In this document: positions 53,691 through 64,000 of the stretch, piece after piece | How the letters are laid out: the number at the start of each line of letters is the position of its first letter | How positions within the stretch are numbered: position 1 is the stretch's first letter | Program-made: the position numbers and the translations under genes | Source: Oscillospiraceae bacterium | Lineage (GTDB): Bacteria; Bacillota; Clostridia; Oscillospirales; Oscillospiraceae | Length of the DNA stretch: 64,000 bases | Assembly (NCBI GenBank): GCA_902795045.1 | Contig: CADBJU010000002.1 | Location: 131,115 to 195,114, forward strand | Reading direction: 5' to 3' | Notes under the pieces: generated by a model | The model's database searches: none | Told to the model about the DNA's origin: nothing | What the model saw: the letters and a program-made list of their open reading frames with translations, nothing else

Positions 53691-53741
53691 GGATCGAGCA
53701 TTTTCGCTTCTGTCAGTCTATTTCACAAATATATCGTTTTT

Positions 53742-54329
53742 TTATACCAGCTTGTTGATTTCGGCCAGAAGTTCGTTCCTACCCTGGCCCTTCTCGGCGG
53801 AAAACGGGATGACCGGGACCTCTGCGGGAAGGCCGAGGGTCTCGCGGATGAGTGCGAGGTTCGGCTCAATCTCGCTCTTTTTGAGCTTGTCGAGCTTGTT
53901 GGCCACTACCACAAGCCTGCACGGCGCGCCTTTGAACCATTCCGCCATCGTCACATCGTCGGCGGTGGGCTTGTGCCGTGCGTCCACGATCATGACGCCG
54001 AGCTGAAAGAGGCTCGCCGCAAAGAAATCCTCCATGAGCTTGCCCCAGCGCTCGCGCTCTGCCTGAGAGACCTTTGCGTAGCCGTAGCCGGGCAGGTCGA
54101 TCAGATACAGGCGCTCGTCGATGAGGAAGTAATTGACATGGATGGTCTTGCCGGGCGTGGCCCCGACGCGGGCAAAGTTTTTGCGGTTGAGAAGCCGGTT
54201 AATGACCGAGGACTTCCCCACGTTGGATTTCCCCGCAAAGGCCGCGGCGGGCAGGGAGCTTTCGATAAACTGATTGGGTCTGACGGCGGATTTGACAAAC
54301 TCCGCCTTATTGACATTCAATGCTTTCAT
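53742..54329 (-). CDS. engB: ribosome biogenesis GTP-binding protein YsxC/EngB
   Basis: G1 GKSNVGKSS, G3 DLPGYG, G4 NKLDK; sits downstream of lon as in many Firmicutes. Confidence 0.9.
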   Translation of the reverse strand: MKALNVNKAEFVKSAVRPNQFIESSLPAAAFAGKSNVGKSSVINRLLNRKNFARVGATPGKTIHVNYFLIDERLYLIDLPGYGYAKVSQAERERWGKLMEDFFAASLFQLGVMIVDARHKPTADDVTMAEWFKGAPCRLVVVANKLDKLKKSEIEPNLALIRETLGLPAEVPVIPFSAEKGQGRNELLAEINKLV

Positions 54330-54330
54330 A

Positions 54331-56718
<2,388 letters not shown>

Positions 56719-56737
56719 GGCGTATCCTTTCTTATCG

Positions 56738-56929
56738 TCGATTGCGAAACTTTCGTTTCACAATCGAAGGACTCGCGCTTATCGCACACGGCGGACTGTA
56801 ACACGCCGTGTTTGTTCGGCGCGAGGCCTCGCAAAGCAAGCTTGGATCGTCGCGCGCTTCCCACGCGTCGCTATGCTCGGCTCAAGGTGTTTTTGAGAAA
56901 GCAAAGCTCCCTCAAAAACAATAAGATCT
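56738..56929 (-). repeat. structured multi-hairpin intergenic repeat, family A, copy 2 (inverted relative to copy 1)
   Basis: The reverse complement aligns block by block with 41543-41680 and carries roughly 40 extra nt. It lies between the clpX stop and the lon start. Confidence 0.7.
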
Positions 56930-56965
56930 GTAAACCTAAACTTTTGCAATCAGCACGATGTACGT

Positions 56966-58270
56966 TTACTCTGCGCTTTTCAGCTGTTTCTGCTCTTCGG
57001 GCTCGCCGAGTTCGATATCATGCTCGTGCAGCACGAGGGGGCTTATGCCCTCGCGCACGCTCTCGGCGGTGACGATGACCTTCTTCGCCGTCTTGTCGGA
57101 GGGGATGCGGTACATGATGTCTGTCATGACGCCCTCCACCACACTCCGAAGGCCGCGTGCGCCGATCTTCATCGCAACGGCCTTGTCGGCAATGGCCTCC
57201 AGGGCCTCCTTCTCGAAGGCAAGCTCCACCCCATCGTAGGACATGAGGGTCTGGTACTGGCGGGTCATGGCGTTTTTCGGCTCGGTGAGGATGCGGACCA
57301 GATCATCCCGCTTGAGGCTTTCAAGGGTTGCGACCACCGGCAGCCTGCCTATGAGCTCCGGGATGATGCCGAACTGCAAAAGGTCGTGCTGCTGCACCTG
57401 GGCCATGATCTGACCCACGTCGCGCTCGGCTTTGCTCACAATCTCTGCGCCGAAGCCCATGCTCTTTTTGTCGGTGCGACGCTCGATGATCTTATCCAGC
57501 CCGTCAAAGGCGCCGCCGCAGATAAAGAGGATGTTCGTGGTATCCACATGGATAAACTCCTGCTGCGGGTGCTTCCGCCCGCCGTTCGGCGGGACGTTTG
57601 CGATGGTGCCCTCAAGGAGTTTTAACATTGCCTGCTGCACACCCTCGCCCGACACGTCGCGGGTGATGGAGGTGTTCTCGCTCTTGCGGGCAATCTTGTC
57701 GATCTCGTCGATGTAGATGATGCCCTTCTGGGCGCGCTCCACGTCGAAGTCCGCAGCCTGCAGAAGCTTGAGGATGACATTCTCCACGTCCTCGCCCACA
57801 TAGCCCGCCTCGGTGAGGGTGGTGGCGTCGGCGATGGCGAAGGGCACATCCAGCATCTTGGCCATGGTCTGGGCAAAGAGGGTCTTGCCGCTGCCGGTGG
57901 GGCCGATGAGCAGGATGTTGCTCTTTTGCAGCTCCACGTCGTCCTTGGAGGCGTGGAGGATGCGTTTGTAGTGGTTGTATACCGCGACGGACAGGACGAT
58001 CTTGGCCCTCTCCTGGCCGATCACGTACTCGTCCAGGCGCTCCTTGATCTGCATGGGTTTGGGCAGCTTTTTAAGCTCCAGAGGACGGCCGTCGTGACCG
58101 ATCACGGTCTGCTGTTCGTCTTCCAATTTCTCGCCGATGATGCTCGCGCACATGCGCACGCAGTCGTCGCAGATGTAGCAGTTGTTGCCCGCAATCAGGT
58201 GGTCCACCAGGGACTGGGGCTTGCCGCAGAAGGAGCAGCGGATGCTGCGTCTGTCTTCATTTCTTGCCAT
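56966..58270 (-). CDS. clpX: ATP-dependent Clp protease ATP-binding subunit ClpX
   Basis: N-terminal zinc-binding CSFCGK...CDDC, Walker [18 protein letters not shown], pore loop GYVGEDVE. Confidence 0.95.
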   Translation of the reverse strand: MARNEDRRSIRCSFCGKPQSLVDHLIAGNNCYICDDCVRMCASIIGEKLEDEQQTVIGHDGRPLELKKLPKPMQIKERLDEYVIGQERAKIVLSVAVYNHYKRILHASKDDVELQKSNILLIGPTGSGKTLFAQTMAKMLDVPFAIADATTLTEAGYVGEDVENVILKLLQAADFDVERAQKGIIYIDEIDKIARKSENTSITRDVSGEGVQQAMLKLLEGTIANVPPNGGRKHPQQEFIHVDTTNILFICGGAFDGLDKIIERRTDKKSMGFGAEIVSKAERDVGQIMAQVQQHDLLQFGIIPELIGRLPVVATLESLKRDDLVRILTEPKNAMTRQYQTLMSYDGVELAFEKEALEAIADKAVAMKIGARGLRSVVEGVMTDIMYRIPSDKTAKKVIVTAESVREGISPLVLHEHDIELGEPEEQKQLKSAE

Positions 58271-58327
58271 AATATCTCCTTACGAAAGAAAGGAGGGATC
58301 GCATTCCGGTCCCCCCTTCCGCACTTA

Positions 58328-58909
58328 TCAACGCTTGTAGATGACCTTGTCGATCAGGCCGTACTCTTTGGCCTCGTCGGCGGACATGAAGTGATCGCGC
58401 TCGCAGTCGGCGGCGATCTGGTCCACGCTCTTGCCGGTATTCTCCGCCAGGATCGCGTTGAGCTTTTTCTTGATCTTCAGGATATGCTCCGCCTGGATCT
58501 GGATATCGGTGGCCTGGCCCTGGCTGCCGCCGGAGGGCTGGTGGATCATGATCTCGGCGTTGGGCAGGGCGATGCGCTTGCCCTTCGCGCCCGAGGACAG
58601 CAGGAACGCGCCCATGGAAGCGGCCATGCCGATGCAGATGGTCGACACATCGGGCTTGATGTACTGCATGGTGTCATAGATCGCAAGGCCCGCCGAGACG
58701 CTGCCGCCGGGGCTGTTGATATAAAACTGGATGTCCTTGTCCGGGTCCTGGGCTTCCAGATACAGAAGCTGGGCGACGATGAGGCTGGCAGTGGTGTCGT
58801 TGACCTCCTCGGACAGCATGACGATACGGTCATTGAGCAGGCGGGAAAAAATGTCATAGGACCGCTCTCCGCGGCTGGTCTGCTCGACTACATAGGGTAC
58901 TAAACTCAT
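58328..58909 (-). CDS. clpP: ATP-dependent Clp protease proteolytic subunit ClpP
   Basis: YDIFSRLL, catalytic [11 protein letters not shown], and IMIHQPSGG. Confidence 0.95.
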   Translation of the reverse strand: MSLVPYVVEQTSRGERSYDIFSRLLNDRIVMLSEEVNDTTASLIVAQLLYLEAQDPDKDIQFYINSPGGSVSAGLAIYDTMQYIKPDVSTICIGMAASMGAFLLSSGAKGKRIALPNAEIMIHQPSGGSQGQATDIQIQAEHILKIKKKLNAILAENTGKSVDQIAADCERDHFMSADEAKEYGLIDKVIYKR

Positions 58910-58965
58910 TGACTGGCTCCTTATAAAACAAAGATCAAAAAGAGCTTATCCGGTTTGCAGGAAAA

Positions 58966-60255
58966 TTATTCCGCCTTGACGGCAGCGCTGTCGACGATGA
59001 GGTCGGTGGCCAGCTCCTTGCGGAACTCGTGGCGCATGAAGTCCTCACCGAAATACTGCTTGAGCTGCTCGGCGGTGGCGCCGATGTCCTGGGCAGTTTT
59101 CTCCACGTAGGCGGCAAATGCCTCGTCGGTGTCGGCAAGCTCCTCGGCGTCCATCACAGCGTCGAGCAGAAGGTCGTTCTTGACCTGGAAGAGGGCGGCG
59201 GGTCGGATGCTTGTTTCCATGGCCTCGTCGGAAATGCCCATCATCTTCTTGAGCTCGTCGAGGCTGACATTGCGGTCGCGCATGCCGAACTGGCTTGCGT
59301 AGTTGCGCAGGATGTCCTCCACCTTCTCCTCGATCATGACCTCGGGGATGTCAGCGGTGATGTTCTCAACGGCCTGGCGCATGATCTCATTGCGGAAATC
59401 GGCGTCTGCGCGCTCGGTGCGGGACTTGGTGAGGTTTTCACGGATGCTGGCCTTATACTCGTCGAGGGTGTCAAACTCGGACACGTCCTTGGCAAACTCA
59501 TCGTCGAGCTCAGGAAGCTCGGGAGTGGTCAGGCTGTTGAGCTTGACCTTGAAGACCACGGCCTTGCCCGCAAGCTCGGGGGTGTAGTCCTCGGGGAAGG
59601 TGATGTCGATGTCTTTCTCCTCGCCGATCTTCATGCCGACGACCTGGTCCTCAAACCCGGGGACAAAGCTGTTGGAGCCGAGCTCGAGCGCGTAGCCCTC
59701 CGCCTTACCGCCGTCGAAGCGCTCGCCGTCGAGGTAGCCGTCAAAGTCAATGTTGGCGGTGTCGCCCATCTGAGCGGCGCGGTCGTCGATGTCGAGCATG
59801 CGCGCGTTGCGCTTGCGGGTGGCGTTGAGCTCCGCCTCCACGTCGGCGTCGGTGACCTCGGGGACGTTCTTGGCAGCCTCAAGTCCCTTGTACTGGCCGA
59901 GGGTGACCTCGGGGTAGACAGACACGGAGAAGGTGTAGGCGACGGTCTTGTCATCCGTGATGTTCACGTCGGAGATGGCGGGGGCGCCGACAGTCTTGAG
60001 ACTGGATTCCTTCAGGCCGAACTCAAAGGCCTCGGGGGCCAGCTCGTCCATGGCGTCCTGATAGAATACCTCGGGTCCGTACATGCCCTCGATCACAGCG
60101 CGGGGCGCCTTGCCCTTGCGAAAGCCCGGGATGCTTATGGAAGATCTGTTCTTGAGGTAGGCGTCATTGACGGCCTTGGAAAACTCGGCGGCGTCGGACT
60201 CGACCACAAAAGCAGCGGTATTGTTTTCTTTCTTTTCGACATTCTTCAGAATCAT
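58966..60255 (-). CDS. tig: trigger factor
   Basis: N-terminal GFRKGKAPR ribosome-binding signature, central FKBP-like PPIase block, about 430 aa. Confidence 0.95.
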   Translation of the reverse strand: MILKNVEKKENNTAAFVVESDAAEFSKAVNDAYLKNRSSISIPGFRKGKAPRAVIEGMYGPEVFYQDAMDELAPEAFEFGLKESSLKTVGAPAISDVNITDDKTVAYTFSVSVYPEVTLGQYKGLEAAKNVPEVTDADVEAELNATRKRNARMLDIDDRAAQMGDTANIDFDGYLDGERFDGGKAEGYALELGSNSFVPGFEDQVVGMKIGEEKDIDITFPEDYTPELAGKAVVFKVKLNSLTTPELPELDDEFAKDVSEFDTLDEYKASIRENLTKSRTERADADFRNEIMRQAVENITADIPEVMIEEKVEDILRNYASQFGMRDRNVSLDELKKMMGISDEAMETSIRPAALFQVKNDLLLDAVMDAEELADTDEAFAAYVEKTAQDIGATAEQLKQYFGEDFMRHEFRKELATDLIVDSAAVKAE

Positions 60256-60296
60256 TGTTGATTTCCTCCTCTATATGTGTCTGCACGCACTCGGTT

Positions 60297-60325
60297 ATGA
60301 TAACAGATAATTTTGGTAAAATCAA
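60297..60325 (-). promoter_or_regulatory. candidate sigma-A promoter for tig
   Basis: Minus strand TTGATT, 17 nt, TATCAT; about 35-nt leader with a GAGGAGG RBS. Confidence 0.45.
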
Positions 60326-60381
60326 TGATAAAATAATAAAAAGTGGGTATTCTTTGCTTTCCCTTGAGGGCATTGTGCCCT

Positions 60382-61080
60382 TTACTCCTCCGCAAAAGGT
60401 ACACGCACCGGGGTGAAATTGACGAAATCCGCTGAGACAAGCTTAAACTGCGTCCCGTCGTTAAAGCCGTTGAAGGCCCAGGAACAACCCTTGCCGTGGA
60501 TGTGGCCGTAATAGCACAGCGGCACGCGGTACTCCTTGAGCAGCGCCAGGATCTCCTCACAGCGATAATTGCCGTAGATGGGCGGGTAGTGGAGGAAGAC
60601 CAGCTTCATCCGCTCCCCCGCCGCTTTCAGCGACGCCTCCAGGCGCATGATCTCCCGGCGCATGATCTTCGCGTCGTGTTCGCCGCCCTTCTCCTCCTCG
60701 TAAAACCAGCCGCGGGTGCCGCAGATGGCGTAATCGCCCCAGAAAAAGGCGTTGTTGTGGAGGATGTCGATGGTGGTGATGCCCTGCTCTTCAAAGAAGC
60801 GTTTGGTCTTGGCTGCAGTGGTCCACCAGTAGTCGTGGTTTCCCTTGAGGATGACCTTTTTGCCGGGCAGAGAATCCACAAACTTGAAATCCGGCAGAGT
60901 TTCTTCGAGGTTCATGCCCCAGCTCAGGTCGCCGCACAGCACCGTCAGGTCGTCGCCGTTCAGCTTTGAAAAGGAAGCGCGCAGCTTTTCCGCGTGCCCG
61001 CGCCAATTGTCGCCGAAAATGTCCATCGGCTTTTCCTTATAGAATGACAGGTGCAGGTCACCGATGGTGTAGAGCGCCAT
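60382..61080 (-). CDS. calcineurin-like metallophosphoesterase
   Basis: GDLHL, GDLSW, GNHDYWW and YGHIHG metal-ligand motifs. Confidence 0.8.
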   Translation of the reverse strand: MALYTIGDLHLSFYKEKPMDIFGDNWRGHAEKLRASFSKLNGDDLTVLCGDLSWGMNLEETLPDFKFVDSLPGKKVILKGNHDYWWTTAAKTKRFFEEQGITTIDILHNNAFFWGDYAICGTRGWFYEEEKGGEHDAKIMRREIMRLEASLKAAGERMKLVFLHYPPIYGNYRCEEILALLKEYRVPLCYYGHIHGKGCSWAFNGFNDGTQFKLVSADFVNFTPVRVPFAEE

Positions 61081-61153
61081 ATTTCCTCCGTATAATCACA
61101 ATAAACCGGCAGATACTATGGCTGAATCCAAATCACAATGGAGGCAATGTATC

Positions 61154-61330
61154 ATGACGGAAAAGAAAAATCACACGTCCAATCCCGGCGTCGGCTGCGA
61201 CGTGATCGCCTGCAAGTACAACACCGTGGACTGCCGCTGCAACGCCGAGCGCATCAGCGTCCAGAACGAGAACGCAAGCTCCAAGGGCGAGACCTACTGC
61301 TCCACCTTCTGCCCGCGCGGCACGTGCTGA
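61154..61330 (+). CDS. small Cys-rich DUF1540-like protein
   Basis: GGAGG RBS before the ATG at 61154, an internal Met of ORF 61118..61330. Pattern VGCDVIACKYN..CRCNAERISV...YCSTFC is typical of DUF1540. Confidence 0.7.
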   Translation: MTEKKNHTSNPGVGCDVIACKYNTVDCRCNAERISVQNENASSKGETYCSTFCPRGTC

Positions 61331-61392
61331 CTGCGCCCTGCCCGTCCGGGCGGGGTACATATCAGACGAGTTCAGCAGATTCGGCTGTACAT

Positions 61393-61509
61393 CCGTAGGG
61401 GAGGGGCTTGCCCCTCCCGGCAGTATATGGCAAGTTTCTGTATTTGCCCGGGCGAATACGGGAAATGTCAGCTTCCCCGCGCGGGAGGGGCAAGCCCCTC
61501 CCCTACGGT
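61393..61509. repeat. nested palindromic intergenic element, family B
   Basis: Arms ccgtaggggaggggcttgcccctccc and gggaggggcaagcccctcccctacgg. Each arm is itself a gaggggc/gcccctc hairpin, and the arms are separated by about 65 nt. Confidence 0.7.
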
Positions 61510-61570
61510 AAAAAAACTACTCAATCAACAGAAAATTTACAGTATCGCACAAGTCTAGGCAACACTTCTA

Positions 61571-61939
61571 TCACACCGAAAACGCGTTTTCGATATGGTT
61601 GATCTCCGGCAGCAGCGTGTTTGTCCCCTCCGGGGCGTAGACCTCGATCACGTCGAAGCGGGGCTGGAGCTCGCAGCCTGTTTTCAAAAGCCAGAGCTCC
61701 GCCGCGGCGATCACGCGGCGCTGCTTGCTGTAGGTCACAAACTCGCGGGCCTCGCCGAAATCCGCGTTCTTGCGCTGCTTGACCTCCACGAAGGCCACCA
61801 TATCCCTCTTGCGGGCGATGATGTCGATCTCCCCCTGGCGGCAACGGAAGTTGCGCTCCACGATCTTATAGCCGTGCAGGCGCAGGTACAGGGCGGCGCG
61901 CTCCTCGCCCCAATTGCCGCGCTCCTTCTTGTCGTTCAT
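61571..61939 (-). CDS. yraN: YraN-family (UPF0102) endonuclease-like protein
   Basis: GEERAALYLRLHGYKIVERNFRCRQGEIDIIA...VAFVEVKQR matches the YraN pattern. Confidence 0.85.
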   Translation of the reverse strand: MNDKKERGNWGEERAALYLRLHGYKIVERNFRCRQGEIDIIARKRDMVAFVEVKQRKNADFGEAREFVTYSKQRRVIAAAELWLLKTGCELQPRFDVIEVYAPEGTNTLLPEINHIENAFSV

Positions 61940-62538
61940 CCGTACAGCTTCTTTAGAAAGCTCATGCGGTGGATGGGCGACGGGCCGTACTCCCGCAAAG
62001 CGTCATAGTGGAGCTTCGTGCCGTAGCCCTTGTGCTGCTCGAAATGGTATTCCGGGTACTTCTCGGCCATCTGGAGCATATAGCGGTCACGGCTCACCTT
62101 GGCCAGCACCGAGGCCGCCGCAATATCGGCGCATTTCGCGTCGCCCTTGACAACACAGCGGCTCGGGAAACGGATGCCCGTATTGCGGTTGCCGTCGATG
62201 AGGGCCAGCTCCGGCGCTGGGCTTAACTGCTCTATCGCGCGGTTCATGGCAAGAAAGGTGGCGTTCAGGATATTCAGCTCCTCGATCTCCTCGACCGCGG
62301 CAAAGGCAATGCCATAAGCGATCGCATATTCCCGGATGGGGTCAAACAGCGCCTCGCGCTTTTTCTCCGTGAGCTTCTTGGAGTCGTTCAGTCCCTTGAT
62401 CTCAAGACTGCGCGGCAGGATCACCGCGGCGGCATACACGGGGCCCGCAAGCGGTCCCCGGCCGGCCTCGTCCACGCCGCAGATCAGGGTATAGCCCTCG
62501 GCATATATCTCATTTTCCAGCGTCCAAAGCTCTGTCAT
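61936..62538 (-). CDS. rnhB: ribonuclease HII
   Basis: ICGVDEAGRGPLAGPVYAAAVIL and DSKKLT motifs. Confidence 0.9.
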   Translation of the reverse strand: MTELWTLENEIYAEGYTLICGVDEAGRGPLAGPVYAAAVILPRSLEIKGLNDSKKLTEKKREALFDPIREYAIAYGIAFAAVEEIEELNILNATFLAMNRAIEQLSPAPELALIDGNRNTGIRFPSRCVVKGDAKCADIAAASVLAKVSRDRYMLQMAEKYPEYHFEQHKGYGTKLHYDALREYGPSPIHRMSFLKKLYG

Positions 62539-63403
62539 CCGGCATCTCCAGTGTCAGTCTTCCAAGCTTGCCCTCGTGGTATTCCTTTAACAGGGTGTTC
62601 GCCATGCGCTCGATGTCGTACTCCCCGCGGGAGACGAGAAAGCCGCGCTTCTTTGCCGCCCGCTCCAGCAGCTCAAAGCCGTTGAGGGCGGGGTCGGGCT
62701 CGATCTTATAGCGCTCGCGCAGAGCGTCGGGGTAGTTTTCCCGCAGTCTCAGCATAAAGTTTGCGCCCAGAGTCTCCTTGTCCAGCACGTCCGCCTTGAT
62801 GGCGTTGGTGATGGCCAGCATCTCCCCCACCTCCTGGCTGTCGAACTTCGGCCAGAGGATGCCGGGGGTGTCCAGCAGGTCAAGGCCCGCGTCGATGCTG
62901 ATCCACTGCCTGCCGCGGGTGACGCCGGGCTTGTCCCCGGCGATGGCTGCCTTGCGGCCCGCCACTTTGTTGATAAAGGTGGACTTGCCCACGTTCGGGA
63001 TACCGAGGATCATCACGCGAAGGGGTCTTCCCGCCTGACCCTTGGCGGCGTAATCGGCAAGCTTGTCCTTGAGAAGCTCGCGCACGGCGGGGACAAACCC
63101 GTTCACGCCTTTGCCCGTCTTCGCGTCAGTCTCGAGGATGGCGATGCCCTGCGCCTGGAAAAACCTGCGCCAGCGGGCTGTCGCCTCGGGGTCAGCCAGA
63201 TCGCAGCGGTTTAAGATCACAAGGCGCGGCTTTCCGGCGGCAAGCCTGTCGATATCCGGGTTGCGGCTCGAGGCCGGGATACGGGCGTCGAGGATCTCAC
63301 ACACCGCGTCGACAAGCTTGAGGTTTTCTTCGATCATCCGCTGGGCCTTGGTCATATGACCAGGGAACCATTGGATGTTCATTTTCTCCATGCCCCCGCT
63401 CAT
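62510..63403 (-). CDS. ylqF: ribosome biogenesis GTPase YlqF/RbgA
   Basis: IQWFPGHMTKA N-terminus, circularly permuted GTPase motifs (NRCDL ... GIPNVGKST ... DTPGIL). True start may be an internal Met (63391 or 63382). Confidence 0.9.
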   Translation of the reverse strand: MSGGMEKMNIQWFPGHMTKAQRMIEENLKLVDAVCEILDARIPASSRNPDIDRLAAGKPRLVILNRCDLADPEATARWRRFFQAQGIAILETDAKTGKGVNGFVPAVRELLKDKLADYAAKGQAGRPLRVMILGIPNVGKSTFINKVAGRKAAIAGDKPGVTRGRQWISIDAGLDLLDTPGILWPKFDSQEVGEMLAITNAIKADVLDKETLGANFMLRLRENYPDALRERYKIEPDPALNGFELLERAAKKRGFLVSRGEYDIERMANTLLKEYHEGKLGRLTLEMPDDRALDAGK

Positions 63404-63990
63404 TTGATGGCGCGCAGGACCGACAGCGGGTAGATGACGTAATACGCCCTGCCGATGATGAGGCGGGTGTCGAGCATGCCGATCTCGTTCTTGCGGCTGT
63501 CGACCGAGGCGTTGCGGTTGTCGCCCATGACGAAAACGCAGCCCTCCGGCACGGTCTTCGGGCCAATGAAGTCCAGCTTGTTGTAGGTCAGATCGTTGAT
63601 ATAGGGCTCCACGATGGGCTCGCCGTCGATATAGACGATGCCGTTTGCAAAGTCCATGTTGATCTCCTGACCCTCGGTGGCGATAACGCGTTTTACCAGG
63701 GCGCGGTCGGGGCTGTACTCGTCCTTCTTGAAGATGACGATGTCCCCGGCCTTGGGCTTATACAGCAGGCCCGAGACCAGCATCTTGTCGCCGTTGTGCA
63801 GCGTCGGCACCATGGAGGTGCCCACCACGTCGATCACGTGGATCACAAACGCGAACAGGAGCACACACACGATCAGCGCGAACAGCAGGCACAGGATCCA
63901 GTCATAAAGGTCCTTTGTGGAGGCGTAAGGGTCCGGGGCCTCCCCCGCCGTTTTTTTCTTGTCTTTTGCCATATCCATTTCCTCCTTCAT
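63400..63990 (-). CDS. lepB: signal peptidase I
   Basis: TM anchor, catalytic Ser context VVGTSMVPTL, and the GDNRNASVDSR box. Confidence 0.9.
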   Translation of the reverse strand: MKEEMDMAKDKKKTAGEAPDPYASTKDLYDWILCLLFALIVCVLLFAFVIHVIDVVGTSMVPTLHNGDKMLVSGLLYKPKAGDIVIFKKDEYSPDRALVKRVIATEGQEINMDFANGIVYIDGEPIVEPYINDLTYNKLDFIGPKTVPEGCVFVMGDNRNASVDSRKNEIGMLDTRLIIGRAYYVIYPLSVLRAIK

Positions 63991-64000
63991 CGATTGCGAT

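Noticed and set aside
59029-60261. 410-aa plus-strand ORF opposite tig
   Set aside because: The trigger factor signature is on the minus strand. The plus ORF is Gly/Val/Leu/Asp-rich antisense sequence.

Overview
Visibly GC-rich, gene-dense chromosomal segment of a spore-forming Clostridia-type Firmicute. The taxon call rests on ytfI/ytfJ, an IspH-S1 fusion, scpA-scpB, and the tig-clpP-clpX-lon-engB and lepB-ylqF-rnhB-yraN blocks; the exact taxon cannot be fixed without a database search. I call 57 protein-coding genes, one of them a 25-codon gene below the ORF-track cutoff, plus one truncated gene remnant. There is also one Trp-specifier T-box leader, about 20 promoter/terminator signals, and six copies of five families of structured palindromic intergenic repeats. 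I saw no rRNA, tRNA, CRISPR array, transposase, integrase or phage genes. Most of 28-64 kb is housekeeping: a T-box-controlled ABC importer, prfA, a liv-type ABC transporter, ackA, ispH-S1, cmk, cell-division and sporulation genes, the Clp/Lon/Tig block and rnhB/lepB. 0-12.5 kb mixes c-di-GMP signalling, phosphoketolase and glgB. The accessory-looking part is 12.6-27.5 kb. The stand-out is a tightly packed co-directional minus-strand cluster (27019 down to 17562). It encodes a single-module A-T-C NRPS, a MATE exporter, a sigma-less STAS / RsbW-like kinase / Cache-HAMP-PP2C partner switch, and a membrane-anchored clostripain (C11)-like peptidase whose start overlaps the phosphatase stop (ATGA). 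Immediately upstream lies a self-contained promoter-RBS-25 aa hydrophobic peptide-terminator unit. I know of no described system with this gene combination, but that needs a neighbourhood-conservation search. Other notable items are a TsaC(YrdC)-CoaE fusion gene, a Lys/Ala-rich tail on GlgB, a degenerate GGDEF protein, an exported S66 peptidase, and sensor-domain sharing between an HD-GYP protein and the PP2C phosphatase. Many long ORFs in the track are antisense artefacts of GC-rich genes and are rejected.
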